Origin: a virus
Strand: one strand, 5' to 3'
IMG/VR virus record: IMGVR_UViG_3300022555_003222
Location: 66,809-130,808 of that record
DNA: 64,000 bases
Shown: one piece after another, positions 28,855-39,787 of the stretch
How the letters are laid out: the number at the start of each line of letters is the position of its first letter
Position numbering within the stretch: the stretch's first letter is position 1
Notes under the pieces: model-generated
The model's database searches: none
What the model was told of the DNA's origin: nothing
Seen by the model: only the letters and a program-made list of their open reading frames with translations
Position numbers and translations under genes: made by a program

Positions 28855-29517
28855 TCTCCTTGATGATGTTGACTGTTGTTGATTGAAGTTATACACCTGG
28901 ACTAAGCTGCTTTTGCAAGGGCCAAAGCAACTTTATTGTCGAACCCGCAGGCCGTATAAAATCGGCTTCGGTCGAATCGGGGGTTGTCATAGCAAGCCAC
29001 GATCATGTCGTAGCAAGCCTGGGCTTGAACACGCTGGCCGCAGTTGACCAACTCACGGATATGCCGTGCAAACTCGACAAAGTATTTCTTACTCATGGTT
29101 GATTTCCTTTCACTTGCAGTTATACACCGGCACTATGCCGCTTTAACTGCCGATGGTTGCCCGTATCGCAGCCAGTTGGCCGCTTCGTCACGGGGAATGT
29201 CATACCAAATGTCGCCGCTGGTGATCTGGCACTTACGGGTGACTACATTCACCAGCACATACCAAGGGCCAACCGAATAAATATGGTTGTGGGGTTGGTA
29301 GGTATGAAACAACTTAGTTGCTTTCTTGCCAGTCATCGTTCGGTTCCTTGTGGTTGATTGTTGAACACCGGCAGTTATACACCTGCACTCAACAGGATAA
29401 AATCAGATACACGACGTACAGAACGCTTGCCATGAACACACAGTCCACGACGTATCGGTGTGGATAGGTTAGCCACTTACGCATGATTGCTCCAAAAAAG
29501 TGATGTTAGTTCCACAG

Positions 29518-29588
29518 TATCCCATGCGGGAATCGAACCCGCAGTTCCAGATTGAAGGTCTGGCGTCATTCCGTTAGACCAATGAGAC
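29518..29588 (-). tRNA. tRNA-Glu (UUC), atypical C33, no encoded CCA
   Basis: Acceptor GTCTCAT/ATGGGAT, D arm GTC..GAC, anticodon stem CCAGA/TCTGG with loop CCTTCAA, T arm GCGGG-TTCGATT-CCCGC. Confidence 0.85.
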
Positions 29589-29860
29589 ATAAACAGGCAT
29601 CCGGCCAAAGCCCACATTTTCAACCGCCCCTATTTTAGAACCCATTCAAGGGTGACAAGGTTAGTGGGGTGTCATCCACTGGCGGCACTTGTTTCGTGCC
29701 TCATGTTATACATCTGAACTCACTAGCATTAACAAAATAAACAAGAAGTTCCGCCGTTAATTATACATCTGAACTCTGATGCTTACCTAAACTACCCGTC
29801 CACCGTGTATTACTTAGTTCCTAGTTCTTAGATCGTAGTTCTTAGTCCCTAGTCTATAAA

Positions 29861-30112
29861 GAAAAAGCCCACCCCGGCAACGCCGGGGTGGGCAACAACA
29901 CAACCAACCACGATTGTAAGAAATTATTTCAAAGAGAAGGAGACCCTCCCTCCTGCACCGCAGGAGGGAGGGCAGACAACGCAACCAACGCAACCAACCG
30001 TCTCATTGTAAGAGTGCCCGGCAGTGAGAACCACCAACACTGCCGGGCTAGCAGCAACCAACCATCACACACTGTAAGAAACCCAGCACTGCTGGGTAGC
30101 TACCAACCACCG
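29861..30112 (-). ncRNA. Candidate structured RNA: four hairpins alternating with GGUUGGU elements, ending in a terminator
   Basis: Hairpins at 29867, 29944, 30016 and 30081; caaccaacc at 29901, 29991, 30055; tgtaaga three times. Confidence 0.4.
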
Positions 30113-30115
30113 TTT

Positions 30116-30550
30116 TTATTTGAATTGCTCGTCTCGCACCAAAACCGCCGCTAACTGTTCCTCTGTGTAACCAAGCCTCGTTGGTCTCGTTACCTGATAC
30201 GCATTGTTGTAGTCCTCCAACTGGACAGGCTCAACTTCACCAGGGTGCTTCTTCTGCCACTTGGCAAACAATGGCAACTGCATGTAATCATCCACGCCGT
30301 CCAGACACTCGGCATCATACCATCGTCCATCTATCTCAATGAACACATGGGAACTGTGTGCCTGATCGACATCCGTTTCCCAATAACCTACCATGCAAGG
30401 AAAATCCGCCAGGGCTTCCAAAACCTCATAGCCCCATTCCTCACAACAACCATTGTTGACCTCATACGCCGATCCACAATCAGCAATGAAATCGCCTGTG
30501 ATCCGTTCAAGGATCGTTTGTACTTCTGCCGTTATCATCATGTTCTCCAT
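30116..30550 (-). CDS. Cassette hypothetical protein
   Basis: VNNGCCEEW...HVFIEIDGRWYDAEC (Cys...His...Asp, transglutaminase/papain-like pattern). Confidence 0.75.
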   Translation of the reverse strand: MENMMITAEVQTILERITGDFIADCGSAYEVNNGCCEEWGYEVLEALADFPCMVGYWETDVDQAHSSHVFIEIDGRWYDAECLDGVDDYMQLPLFAKWQKKHPGEVEPVQLEDYNNAYQVTRPTRLGYTEEQLAAVLVRDEQFK

Positions 30551-30588
30551 TGCCTTCCCCTGCGAAGCAGGGGAAGGCTTGTTCCACA

Positions 30589-30876
30589 TTAAATGAACGG
30601 CAAGTATTGTTCATTAGCCATCACTTCCTTGAACTTCTTGCCCAAGGTATGACTGGCTTCATTTCGACCGTCGTAACGATACTCATCGCTACCACAATGG
30701 TTCAACCAAGCAACACACATCTTGGTGAACGTCTGTTGTAGTGTTCGATGGTCCATGTCTATTTCAGACATTAGGGCCTCGATACGGGTGTTAAACCCGT
30801 AAGTGTTCAAGTAGTTGCTGATCTGCCGGGCCATCGCTTCGGCATCTTGTTTCGCTTTCAATTCTGATTCGGTCAT
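30589..30876 (-). CDS. Cassette hypothetical protein
   Basis: AAGGA RBS; HRTLQQ...DGRNEAS. Confidence 0.8.
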   Translation of the reverse strand: MTESELKAKQDAEAMARQISNYLNTYGFNTRIEALMSEIDMDHRTLQQTFTKMCVAWLNHCGSDEYRYDGRNEASHTLGKKFKEVMANEQYLPFI

Positions 30877-31460
30877 GGTTGGTTTCCTTGTGGTCTAGCA
30901 TGTATCCTGGGCATACATCCCAGGGATATATCCTACGCTTGTTATACACCGGAACTCACGCTGCTACGCTGTGATGCTCTAGTATATCTAAGTCTATCCA
31001 TCGCTTCGCAGTCTCGATGGTCACTGCTCGCTCGGGCCATCGTTGACCAAGGGGGGTTGTGACATAAAAGCCATACGCCCCTTCTTTAATGATGTAACCT
31101 TTGTATCGCATCAGTAGTTCCTCCACTGTATGTTATACACCCGGACTCACCACTCTACTCGCACCCACCTGTCGGTCTTAATCCATAGGGTATAGTGGGG
31201 CATCAGTTGTCCCGGTTTGTGATCGAATGGACCACTAATAATACCAGGGTATATTGGATCGTTGCTTATTCCAACGTAGTACATATTCATTTGTTTGCCT
31301 CTCGTTCGTCGTGTATAGCTCCACACTTACACTTCCATAGCAAGTGTTCGACCTTCACCATTCGCACTAATCCGCTGCATCGCAAACAGTACGGACAGTA
31401 GTTCGGGTCTTTCTCAGCGTTAAGTTTCATTATGCTATCCATCTGAACCTCCACGCTTTG

Positions 31461-31682
31461 TTATACACCTGGACTGGATACAAGTTCCCACTGGCAACCG
31501 TATATGTTGAAACCATATTCTTCGGCCAGGGTCATCAAAACTTTTTCATCGTTGATAATGCCGGGAATAAACCATTGTGGGTCACGGGGAGCAACGTCAA
31601 TAGTACATTCGGTAGGCAGACCACAGGCATCCAAGGTTTCGCCTTCGGTATCCCATTCAATGTTAGTACAACGTACCTGCAT
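31461..31682 (-). CDS. Small protein, paralog of adjacent gene
   Basis: IEWDTEGETLDACGLP shared with 31682-31864; ends SPGV inside the motif. Confidence 0.75.
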   Translation of the reverse strand: MQVRCTNIEWDTEGETLDACGLPTECTIDVAPRDPQWFIPGIINDEKVLMTLAEEYGFNIYGCQWELVSSPGV

Positions 31683-31864
31683 TATTGCACCTCGTATGAA
31701 AAGCCGAACACACAATAACAGTATTGGTCGCTTAGGGCATCTGCCCCTTCCTCCTCAATGTCTATGTCGTCCTCAACTTCAAGAACACACTCGGACGGTA
31801 GACCACAAGCATCCAAGGTTTCGCCTTCGGTATCCCATTCAATGTCGAAAAACTTTACTCGCAT
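31682..31864 (-). CDS. Small acidic protein, paralog of adjacent gene
   Basis: IEWDTEGETLDACGLP; AAGGA RBS. Confidence 0.75.
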   Translation of the reverse strand: MRVKFFDIEWDTEGETLDACGLPSECVLEVEDDIDIEEEGADALSDQYCYCVFGFSYEVQ

Positions 31865-31927
31865 GGTTGGTTTCCTTTCAGGTGATCGTCCCGCCAAAGG
31901 CGGGACGATCATTGTTATACACCTGGA

Positions 31928-32329
31928 CTAATCTTCAATGTTGAACATCCCAGCCACCCCAAAGTGGTCATAGGTTTCTTGCAGTAGGGTCCGTAGTTCT
32001 TGTAGGGCAACGTCGTGAAGCTCCTGGGACTTGAAAGTGAACTCAGCCCAGATGTAGTACATTCCTTTGCCAGTCAATCGGATGCCCATGATAGCATAGG
32101 TTGCCATCACCCGTGTATCGTGATTAACGATACGGGCAAACTGTGTATTGGTTAGGTATTCTTGAACATGCCGATAACTAGGATCAGCATTAAGTTCATG
32201 TTTGAACTGTTCGATCAGTTGTTCCATAGGTGATTTGTCAGGATTAAGTGCCTGGGCAAACACCGTGTCATCGCCTTGCTCACGTTGGAACTTGACGGTG
32301 AACTTATGGGGGGTTGGATAATTTTCCAT
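31928..32329 (-). CDS. Cassette hypothetical protein
   Basis: Motif 32351 and RBS; stop inside motif 31914. Confidence 0.8.
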   Translation of the reverse strand: MENYPTPHKFTVKFQREQGDDTVFAQALNPDKSPMEQLIEQFKHELNADPSYRHVQEYLTNTQFARIVNHDTRVMATYAIMGIRLTGKGMYYIWAEFTFKSQELHDVALQELRTLLQETYDHFGVAGMFNIED

Positions 32330-32365
32330 GATTGGTTCCTTCTGCTGCTTGTTATACATCGGAAC

Positions 32366-32707
32366 TCAGCTAATCAATGCTGGCAGTTCCACTGTATATT
32401 CAGTTAGCTTGTGATGCTTGTAATTGACATAGCCCGGCTTATCAATGCAGGGGATGGTTTCAATGACGTTACCACTGGCATCGACTTCAAACCCATTAGG
32501 AATCAGGACAACAAAGCCATGAACTCGCTTTGCCCGTCGTTTGGCATGACCCATGCTTCGGTATTGCTTAACGCAACCCTTCACGTTGCCAAACATGGCA
32601 AAGTCACGCCAACGATTATCATTGCACAGACGGTATCTGCCATTTTCACTGATAATCAGAATCATGCCTTGGGACTGTCTGTTGCTACCCAATGTTTGAA
32701 TGTTCAT
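32366..32707 (-). CDS. Cassette hypothetical protein
   Basis: TGA overlaps motif 32351. Confidence 0.75.
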   Translation of the reverse strand: MNIQTLGSNRQSQGMILIISENGRYRLCNDNRWRDFAMFGNVKGCVKQYRSMGHAKRRAKRVHGFVVLIPNGFEVDASGNVIETIPCIDKPGYVNYKHHKLTEYTVELPALIS

Positions 32708-33116
32708 GTTACTGATCCTGTTCGGGGAACTCTGGAACGCCTGCCCATTCCAAAAGCAGAACGTCGCCCGGCTCGATATACTCCGCTAGTGATTGTAGCT
32801 CGGATATTTCACCGTAGCTGATACATTCAGCCTCAATCTCGCCACGCAGGTATTCCAGTCGCTCTTTGATTTTCTTCTTGGTCATGGTTGGTTTCCTTTG
32901 CTGTTGGTTATACACCCGGACTCACCCACACCCACCATTGTCCAGGGGTATAATCTTGCCGCACTCCTCACAACGATATACGTCGTTGCAAGCCTGCTTG
33001 CCGATCTTGATTAGTTTGCCGCCACATTCACACTTGACTTCCTTTTCAGTATCCGCATCCCTGCACTCACAGGTGCATAACATTAGATTGCCTTTTAAGT
33101 GGTTAATGAAAACAAG

Positions 33117-33201
33117 TGGGAAATAAGGGAATCGCACCCCTTGACCTCTACCACACTTAATAGGTCAACGCATTTACAGTGCGCCGTGTGGAATATCTCC
33201 C
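33117..33201 (-). tRNA. D-armless tRNA-Tyr(GUA)-like RNA with long variable arm
   Basis: Acceptor GGGAGAT/ATTTCCC plus A; anticodon arm GCGCA-CTGTAAA-TGCGT; variable stem TGACCT/AGGTCA; T arm AGGGG-TGCGATT-CCCTT; no D stem. Confidence 0.7.
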
Positions 33202-33436
33202 TGGAATTAAATCCCTGAAACTAACTGGCCCTTCTCGTCATAACATCGTTGAATATGTTGGACAAGAACCGGCAACACTCCCATGTTTCGTAGTTCTATC
33301 GCTCGCTCCTGCTCGTTCTTGCCAACCAAGGCAAGCAAAATCTCATAAAGATTCATGGTATGGTTCCTTTGCCTTTTGTTATACAACTGCACTCAAGAGA
33401 TAGCCCCACCCTGCTTCGCAGGGTGGGGCTTGTATA

Positions 33437-33979
33437 TCAGGCCAATACCGCATGGGTATCGTGGCATAGACCTTGTTCGATCAGGGCCTTGGCTGTTCGG
33501 CCATAATGTCCTTGCAAGCTCCAGCAGGTTCCTTCGTCGATCAACTTCTGGAACCCCTCGACAGTGGCATCGTCATCAAGCTGACCACCTTCGTAGGCCA
33601 TGATGAACCCAACAACATCGAACGCATTGGGGTCAACCTCATGGGGTTGGCAAGTGGGGCATAGCCCATCAACGACGTTTTCGGCCAGGACTTCGGTAAA
33701 GCACTTGTTGCACTTCCCCTTGGCCTTCGGCTGGACCTTCCACACTTCCTTAACGACGTTCGGTGGGGCCTTGGGCCGGGCATGGGGGATTTCGTAACCA
33801 GCATTGGCAAATGCTCTTTCGGGATCACCGTCACGGACACTTACTCGGTCGCCTTCGTAATGATTGAAGTGACCGCTGGCTGCTTCACAAGCATTACCGT
33901 TAATGTCCACAAAGATGTACCCTCGCAAGCCAAAGCTGTTTGTGTTTTGGCTACGGGCAGCAACGACGTAAGTAGTCAT
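33437..33979 (-). CDS. Cassette hypothetical protein (two-domain, zinc ribbon)
   Basis: CNKC..CPTC; C-terminal FQKLIDEG..WSLQGHYGRTA. Confidence 0.8.
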   Translation of the reverse strand: MTTYVVAARSQNTNSFGLRGYIFVDINGNACEAASGHFNHYEGDRVSVRDGDPERAFANAGYEIPHARPKAPPNVVKEVWKVQPKAKGKCNKCFTEVLAENVVDGLCPTCQPHEVDPNAFDVVGFIMAYEGGQLDDDATVEGFQKLIDEGTCWSLQGHYGRTAKALIEQGLCHDTHAVLA

Positions 33980-34769
33980 AGTTTAGTTCCTTTAGGTTGG
34001 TTTCTTGAACACCGCTAGTTATACACCTGGACTAGATGGTATTTTCAGGTTCCACAGGCATATAACCGAAACGGGTTTCGTCATCTTCGGACGGTTCCCA
34101 TTCCTTACCGTTTTCGTCACGCAGTTCGGCAAGGTATTCCTTATTCAATTTGTTTACCTTGGCCTCGGCCACGTTTTCATCGGTGAAGTATCCCAGGTGA
34201 ACGCAAATGCACTCATGGGTATCATCTTCGCCATTAGTGATTGCCGGAATGTTCTCGACAATGACATAGATGGTATCTTCGTATTCTCGTTCGTTCATGG
34301 TATTGGTTCCTTCTGCTGCTTGTTATACAACTGGACTGACCAGCATTACTTGGTGGTGTGTTCTTCAAAGGTCAGGATATACCATTCCAGACCCGACCAA
34401 TCGCAATTAGTGCAAGACACAGTATAACAATACTGTTCATCGTGCATTTCGCCCTCTTGGTAGTCTAGTTGACCACCACACTCTGGGCACTTGCCTTGTT
34501 CTTGCTTAGCTTTTCGTTTGGTTTTCATTTGGTTCCCTTTCGACCTCACTTATACACCTGGACTGATTACATTAAATGGACAATAGTCACACCGGTACTT
34601 ACGTACTTGCCGACCACGAATTCAGCACATTCGTACTTTGCAATCAACGTGTATAGGTCACCGTCCTTGTGGGCCTTTGATAAGAAGGTGCCATCTTGGA
34701 GCTTTTCCCAGTCAGTATCAAAAGTCCATCCGGCACCCATCATCCGCTCGGTTAATCGCTTAATCGTAC

Positions 34770-35201
34770 TCATTCAATCTTCCCCATGATCTTGCCAGTT
34801 AGAACAAACTCGGCCACTTCTTCCCTAGTGGGAAGGAACGGAAGTGGGCACCCTTCATTTAGACAAGTGCCATTATCGTCGTCGTACAGATCGTATAGCT
34901 CCTTGTCAATTTCAGTGATGCTCACTTGACTGATGGTGCTATCCTGAAAGGGGCCTTGATACTCGGTAATATCATGTGGATAATCCTCTTCGTTGTCTTG
35001 GTCAAGCTCATCACCAATAAAACTACCCACGTACAGATTGCCGTCCTCATCAATGACGTGTCGGAAAATCGCATGTTTCTCGCCGCCATTGACCGCCCAA
35101 TATGATTTGGCCTCGGCATCCCGGAACTCGGCCGACTCGTAAGGGCCAAACAACTCGGGATCAGTACAGCCGTAAACGAATAGGAAATAATACTTGCTCA
35201 T
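34770..35201 (-). CDS. Acidic hypothetical protein
   Basis: AAGGA RBS; ATGA overlap with downstream gene. Confidence 0.75.
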   Translation of the reverse strand: MSKYYFLFVYGCTDPELFGPYESAEFRDAEAKSYWAVNGGEKHAIFRHVIDEDGNLYVGSFIGDELDQDNEEDYPHDITEYQGPFQDSTISQVSITEIDKELYDLYDDDNGTCLNEGCPLPFLPTREEVAEFVLTGKIMGKIE

Positions 35202-35210
35202 GGAATGTCC

Positions 35211-35522
35211 TTATTTGTTAAAGCTGTAATCCTCACACGGGATACGATCCGTTTCCCTAGCACCCTCAAGGTCGATGATATGGGTAGGCTCCTCATCGTT
35301 AATGTCTCCCCATACAATCAATCGCATCTTGCCTTCATGCTGCTCGATCAGAATCGGGGCATACTCGCCATCCCATACCCCATACCCCTCGGGATGTATA
35401 ACAAGGGCAAGACCGTCATTCTCCAAAATCAAATTGACCTTGGTAGTCTTGTTCTCATCCACGCCCGAACTCCCAGACATGACTTCTTTCAATTCAACAG
35501 TGTCAATACTTCTAGCTGACAT
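35211..35522 (-). CDS. Cassette hypothetical protein
   Basis: Motif 35574; VWGDINDEEPTHIIDLEGARE. Confidence 0.78.
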   Translation of the reverse strand: MSARSIDTVELKEVMSGSSGVDENKTTKVNLILENDGLALVIHPEGYGVWDGEYAPILIEQHEGKMRLIVWGDINDEEPTHIIDLEGARETDRIPCEDYSFNK

Positions 35523-35681
35523 GATTGGTTTCTCTTTCTATTGTGGCCGGTTCTTTGTCCGGTTCTAATGATGGTTATACACCTGGACTAAGGGATATAT
35601 CCTACAACTCTTGGCCGGTTCCTTGGCCGGTTAATGAGAAAAGAACTGCCCCTGCGAAGCAGGGGCAGTTCTATATGTTGC

Positions 35682-36182
35682 TTAGGCAACCTTGCCGCTC
35701 ACAACCCCCTCGCCAGGGGCCGCTTCCTCGGCTTTCAGGGCCTCGGCCTTGGGGGCAGGGGTAACCTTAACGGCCTTCGCCTTGGTCACCACAACCTTAA
35801 CCGGCTCCTGAACCTGAACCGCCTTGCCTTCGACCGTCTTCAAGGCATCCTTCAACGCCTCGACTCCGCCCGCCTGATCCGCAAGCTGGTCGATCTTGTC
35901 GATAAGGGTACAAGCCTTTTCGACACCACCCAACTCGGTGGTCAAGTCCTTCAAGCTGCCGATAATACCCAACGCCGCCACAAGGTTCAAGGACTGAACC
36001 GGGGCCTTGGCAGGACGACCACGCTTCACAGCCTTGGCCGACTTCTCAGCCTTCACAGGCTTGTCGCCCTTAGCCTTGACCGGGAACTTGGCTTCGCACT
36101 TCGGACAAACCGCAGAACGAACGCCACACACCGCACCACACTTCGGGCATTGCTTCTGCCCACGCTTCACTTTGACCGCCAT
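35682..36182 (-). CDS. Zinc-ribbon plus Lys/Ala-rich putative DNA-binding protein
   Basis: CPKC...CPKC; AT-hook-like KRGRP; AGGAG RBS. Confidence 0.75.
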   Translation of the reverse strand: MAVKVKRGQKQCPKCGAVCGVRSAVCPKCEAKFPVKAKGDKPVKAEKSAKAVKRGRPAKAPVQSLNLVAALGIIGSLKDLTTELGGVEKACTLIDKIDQLADQAGGVEALKDALKTVEGKAVQVQEPVKVVVTKAKAVKVTPAPKAEALKAEEAAPGEGVVSGKVA

Positions 36183-36292
36183 TGTTATTGGCTCCTGTTA
36201 GAAAAATGGTTACTACTCACTGAACACTTCTACTTATACACCTGGACTCAGCGGAATTGAGTTATCCGGCGAAGCCGGATAACTCTTATTGC

Positions 36293-36697
36293 CTAGTATT
36301 CACCGGGCAATAGGATCGTATAGGTGGACTCGTCCACCGGACCTACCCACAAATCAATCTCGGGAAGGTCAAAATCCGTGTACTCAATCTTCTGGGTAAT
36401 GACCGGCTTCCGGCCACTATCCTCACGACAGGTCAGAACCGCAGACTTACTGCCATTCTTCTCTGTCACCTTCAAGTTCCAGAACTGAATGTCTCGTAGC
36501 ATCTCGTTCTTCAACGCCTTCGGCTGGTGGGACGCAATCGCATCCATCAACCAAAATGCTCCCGACGTTCCACCGTTCTTGGCAACGAACATCGCACCGT
36601 CCGATAGTACCATTCGTCGGAATAGAATCGACCAACGATGATACTGCTCGGTTCCACTAAACTGGGCAAGATCATTTGTTTTGTCTGCTAGTGACAT
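36293..36697 (-). CDS. DUF6876-like protein
   Basis: LAQFSGTEQYHR...AFWLMDAIAS...IEYTDF...LLPGEY (recalled family). Confidence 0.75.
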   Translation of the reverse strand: MSLADKTNDLAQFSGTEQYHRWSILFRRMVLSDGAMFVAKNGGTSGAFWLMDAIASHQPKALKNEMLRDIQFWNLKVTEKNGSKSAVLTCREDSGRKPVITQKIEYTDFDLPEIDLWVGPVDESTYTILLPGEY

Positions 36698-37130
36698 TTT
36701 ACTTTCCTGTGGCTTGTTGGTAATCTTCTTCGTCAATCTGTTCGGCAGTTTCAACCCACTTGTCATCATCCTCATTGACAAATAGTTCCTGGGATTGGGC
36801 CTCGTCAATAATGGCATCTTCGTCGTCGTCCAAGTCGTTATCAGACTTGAACCACAAGGAATAACCATTCTTGTTTTGACCGCCGAAGTTGATGTAGATG
36901 TGGTAATAAAACATTGATCGGTTCCTTTCGCTGCTAGTTATACACCTGGACTGACCATGATTTTCTGTGTCAGGGCATGAATCTCGGCCAATACAGATTC
37001 ATAGTCCAGTTCGTATACTTCAACGTCCGTCAATGCCTCGACCTCACCATCATCCAAATTGCTGGTAAGAAAATTCAAGGCAAATTCCAAAATACGCTTC
37101 TCTCGCACGGTTAGTTGCATTGTGGTTCTC

Positions 37131-37562
37131 CTAATAGTCAAAGGTTACGCCATCAGACTCCCGCAGCTTCTTGCCATCAACCATTACATATTCATCAGTA
37201 AGGGCATCGGCATTGTCAGCATCCTCGGCATTATCTGCCATTTCAATGTCAAAACAATTCTTAGTCTTGATATTGTACTTGCAAGCCGAAGTGCAAGTAA
37301 TACTACCGTCATGTACTGACGTATAAGTTGCCGCCACTTCATTCGCCTGGGCCTTGGTGTCCAACGAACGATCCAAAGCATGTACCCACTTCCGTAGGGT
37401 ACGAACCTGAATGTTCTTCTCCCCCAAAATGTGGGTTCCGGCTTCCACCAGATCACTCGGGTCCAACTCAGACGTACACTCACTGATCGCATTTTCCAAC
37501 GCAATCATCGCAGACTCCATACGCTGCTGGATTTCCGCCGCTGTCAATTCTTTTGCCATCAT
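37131..37562 (-). CDS. Cassette hypothetical protein
   Basis: Motif 37608 with 5' hairpin. Confidence 0.75.
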   Translation of the reverse strand: MMAKELTAAEIQQRMESAMIALENAISECTSELDPSDLVEAGTHILGEKNIQVRTLRKWVHALDRSLDTKAQANEVAATYTSVHDGSITCTSACKYNIKTKNCFDIEMADNAEDADNADALTDEYVMVDGKKLRESDGVTFDY

Positions 37563-38112
37563 TCACCTTTCATTAGGGATCGTCCCGCCAGAGGCGGGAC
37601 GATCCTTGTTATACACCTGGACTGGAATGGTTTATCGACCTGAATGTTCTGGTTTCATCCACCGGATCATCATTGTAATGCTCCGCAGGTACACCGACCT
37701 GGGCCAGAATGTCATTCAAGGCTTCTTCGTTTACATCCATCCTTTCACCAATGGCATCATAAGTGCCAGGGTAAAAGTCACGCAATATATGCAGAAGATG
37801 TTGAAGATCATTCAAATCACCTGCATCCATCGTTATTCTTTTCATTGCCACGTTATGTTCCTCGATTCATTCGGGTTAGTTCCAGATCAACAAGTTCAAC
37901 CACCCATTTGGGTATACGATCATGGGTGTAGGTTGTACTGCTGCCCGGATTCGATTCGTGCCCGTGCATTTCATCAAAGGCTTCATCTTCGGTATCCGCA
38001 GGACCGTAGACCGAATAGTTACCATTGAACTCGTAATCGTATTCGTTCTGGGCAACCATACAATACCACTCATTGGGTTGCCGTTCAACGATCACACACC
38101 CTCTGGATACGC

Positions 38113-38508
38113 TCATGCTACTGCCTTCCATTCCTTCACGGGACGTTCGTTATACACGGTGAACACAGAAGCAATCTCGCCTCCGGGGAACTTGATCGTC
38201 CAATCCAGTCCATCCTGATCGTGCCGTGGGGTACGGAACGCAACCGTTTCAGCAACTTGCTTATCAACGCCTAATCGCACAAGAAGTTGCACAAGACCAC
38301 GGGGGCCTTCGCCGCCGTAACCCCAAAGCACCGAATTAAATCGAGCCGTGCCAGTCATGCCTTTGACAAATACACCCTCTTGATGAAGATACTTGCCACT
38401 CCAACGCTTGCCCTGAATCTCGACCACTTGACCGATCTTGGCAAGATGCTTTTCCATACGCTGTAGTCCAAGTCTGGTTGCACCAGAATTATCTCGGTAT
38501 CGGTACAT
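38113..38508 (-). CDS. Cassette hypothetical protein
   Basis: WGYGGEGPRGL; motif 38544 and RBS. Confidence 0.8.
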   Translation of the reverse strand: MYRYRDNSGATRLGLQRMEKHLAKIGQVVEIQGKRWSGKYLHQEGVFVKGMTGTARFNSVLWGYGGEGPRGLVQLLVRLGVDKQVAETVAFRTPRHDQDGLDWTIKFPGGEIASVFTVYNERPVKEWKAVA

Positions 38509-39296
38509 GATTTGGTTCCTTGGTTAGTAGTAGAACGCTGCTAGTTATACACCCGGACTGGGAACATAATATCCCAGTCGAATTACTCCAAGTTCTCGGT
38601 GAATACCAAGAACCTCTGCCCACTTCGTTCCCTCAACAGTTCGTATGTCCGTATAATGGGACCACGCCTGCTTGTGATCCTCGAACTCGGCAATACACAA
38701 ATTTGTAGTGTTGTGCATTACCAAGAACTTAATGTAAGGGTTGTCCATCACTCATGCCCCGATACAGGAAAGTATTCGTCACAGTAAACACCTGGTCAAT
38801 TAACTTTTGATTCCTAGCCGGTGGATCAGGACGACAAAAATCCTTGGGATCAACACACAACTCATCTTCAAATACCGCCCACTCCACACCATCGGCAAAT
38901 CGTACCTTGTAGCAAAAAACATCTGCTGCATCCGCACGTTCGGCAAGGGTCCGAAAACACAAACCCTCACACTCGGATACACCAATCACTTCAACCTGCT
39001 GATGACTGTGCATCCAGGCTTCTACATCAGATGAATCCCACCCCTCGTAACAATGGTATTCAAACCAATACTTACTACCAATGGGGGCTAAGTCTCGAAC
39101 GACCTCTCCATTGATCGTGGCAGAATAAAATCCGTCACGCTGCTTACGCATCGGTCCCTTGAGGGCCTTTGCCATCTGCTTGTTCGATATGGGATTCTTG
39201 ATCTCTTTCATTCCGCCACCTATACAACTGGACTCGTTTGAATTAAGCCCTTCCGCCAAAGGCGGAAGGGCTTTTTATACATCTGAACTTCGTTGC

Positions 39297-39779
39297 CTAT
39301 TCCTCAGACCAACAACCCGGCTCTCCAATCCCACAAACGTCTGTATTGTGAACTGTGGGACAGTTCATTCGACAACTATCACACTGTTGGGTTACAATTC
39401 GTAAAGTGTAATAATCGGTACTGCCAGGGTAACTTGTAAAGTCGGCTTGGCACACACCTTGAAAGTTGTCCCAATCTTCGGGATCACCCCAATACACTCG
39501 TTCACCGCATGTTGGACAATTCCAAGCATGAAAATTGCCACGAATGTAAAGTTGAGCCAATAGGATTTTGTCGTCATCGTCAACCACAACAGCATTGAAC
39601 CATTGTGTCAAATCTTCTTTGGCCTGTTGGGGAAGTGCCTCCCAATCTGATGGACCTTCATCGTTCTCACAGAAAACATGACCGCAGTTGGCACACTCGC
39701 CACCATCCACCATATCATCGGGAATGGGATCACCACAATCAGGACACTCGCCTTCGTCGTAATTGTCTTTAATGCTCAT
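39297..39779 (-). CDS. Multi-CxxC zinc-binding protein
   Basis: Start MSIKDN with AAGGA RBS; four CxxC pairs. Confidence 0.75.
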   Translation of the reverse strand: MSIKDNYDEGECPDCGDPIPDDMVDGGECANCGHVFCENDEGPSDWEALPQQAKEDLTQWFNAVVVDDDDKILLAQLYIRGNFHAWNCPTCGERVYWGDPEDWDNFQGVCQADFTSYPGSTDYYTLRIVTQQCDSCRMNCPTVHNTDVCGIGEPGCWSEE

Positions 39780-39787
39780 GGTTTGGT

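Noticed and set aside
29545-29563. tRNA read as UCA opal suppressor, implying stop-codon recoding
   Set aside because: The stem only pairs with TTC centred, and conserved genes end normally at TGA, TAG and TAA.
38149-38164. gttatacacggtgaac as an array motif copy
   Set aside because: Spacing is off by one and it lies inside a coding region; ambiguous.
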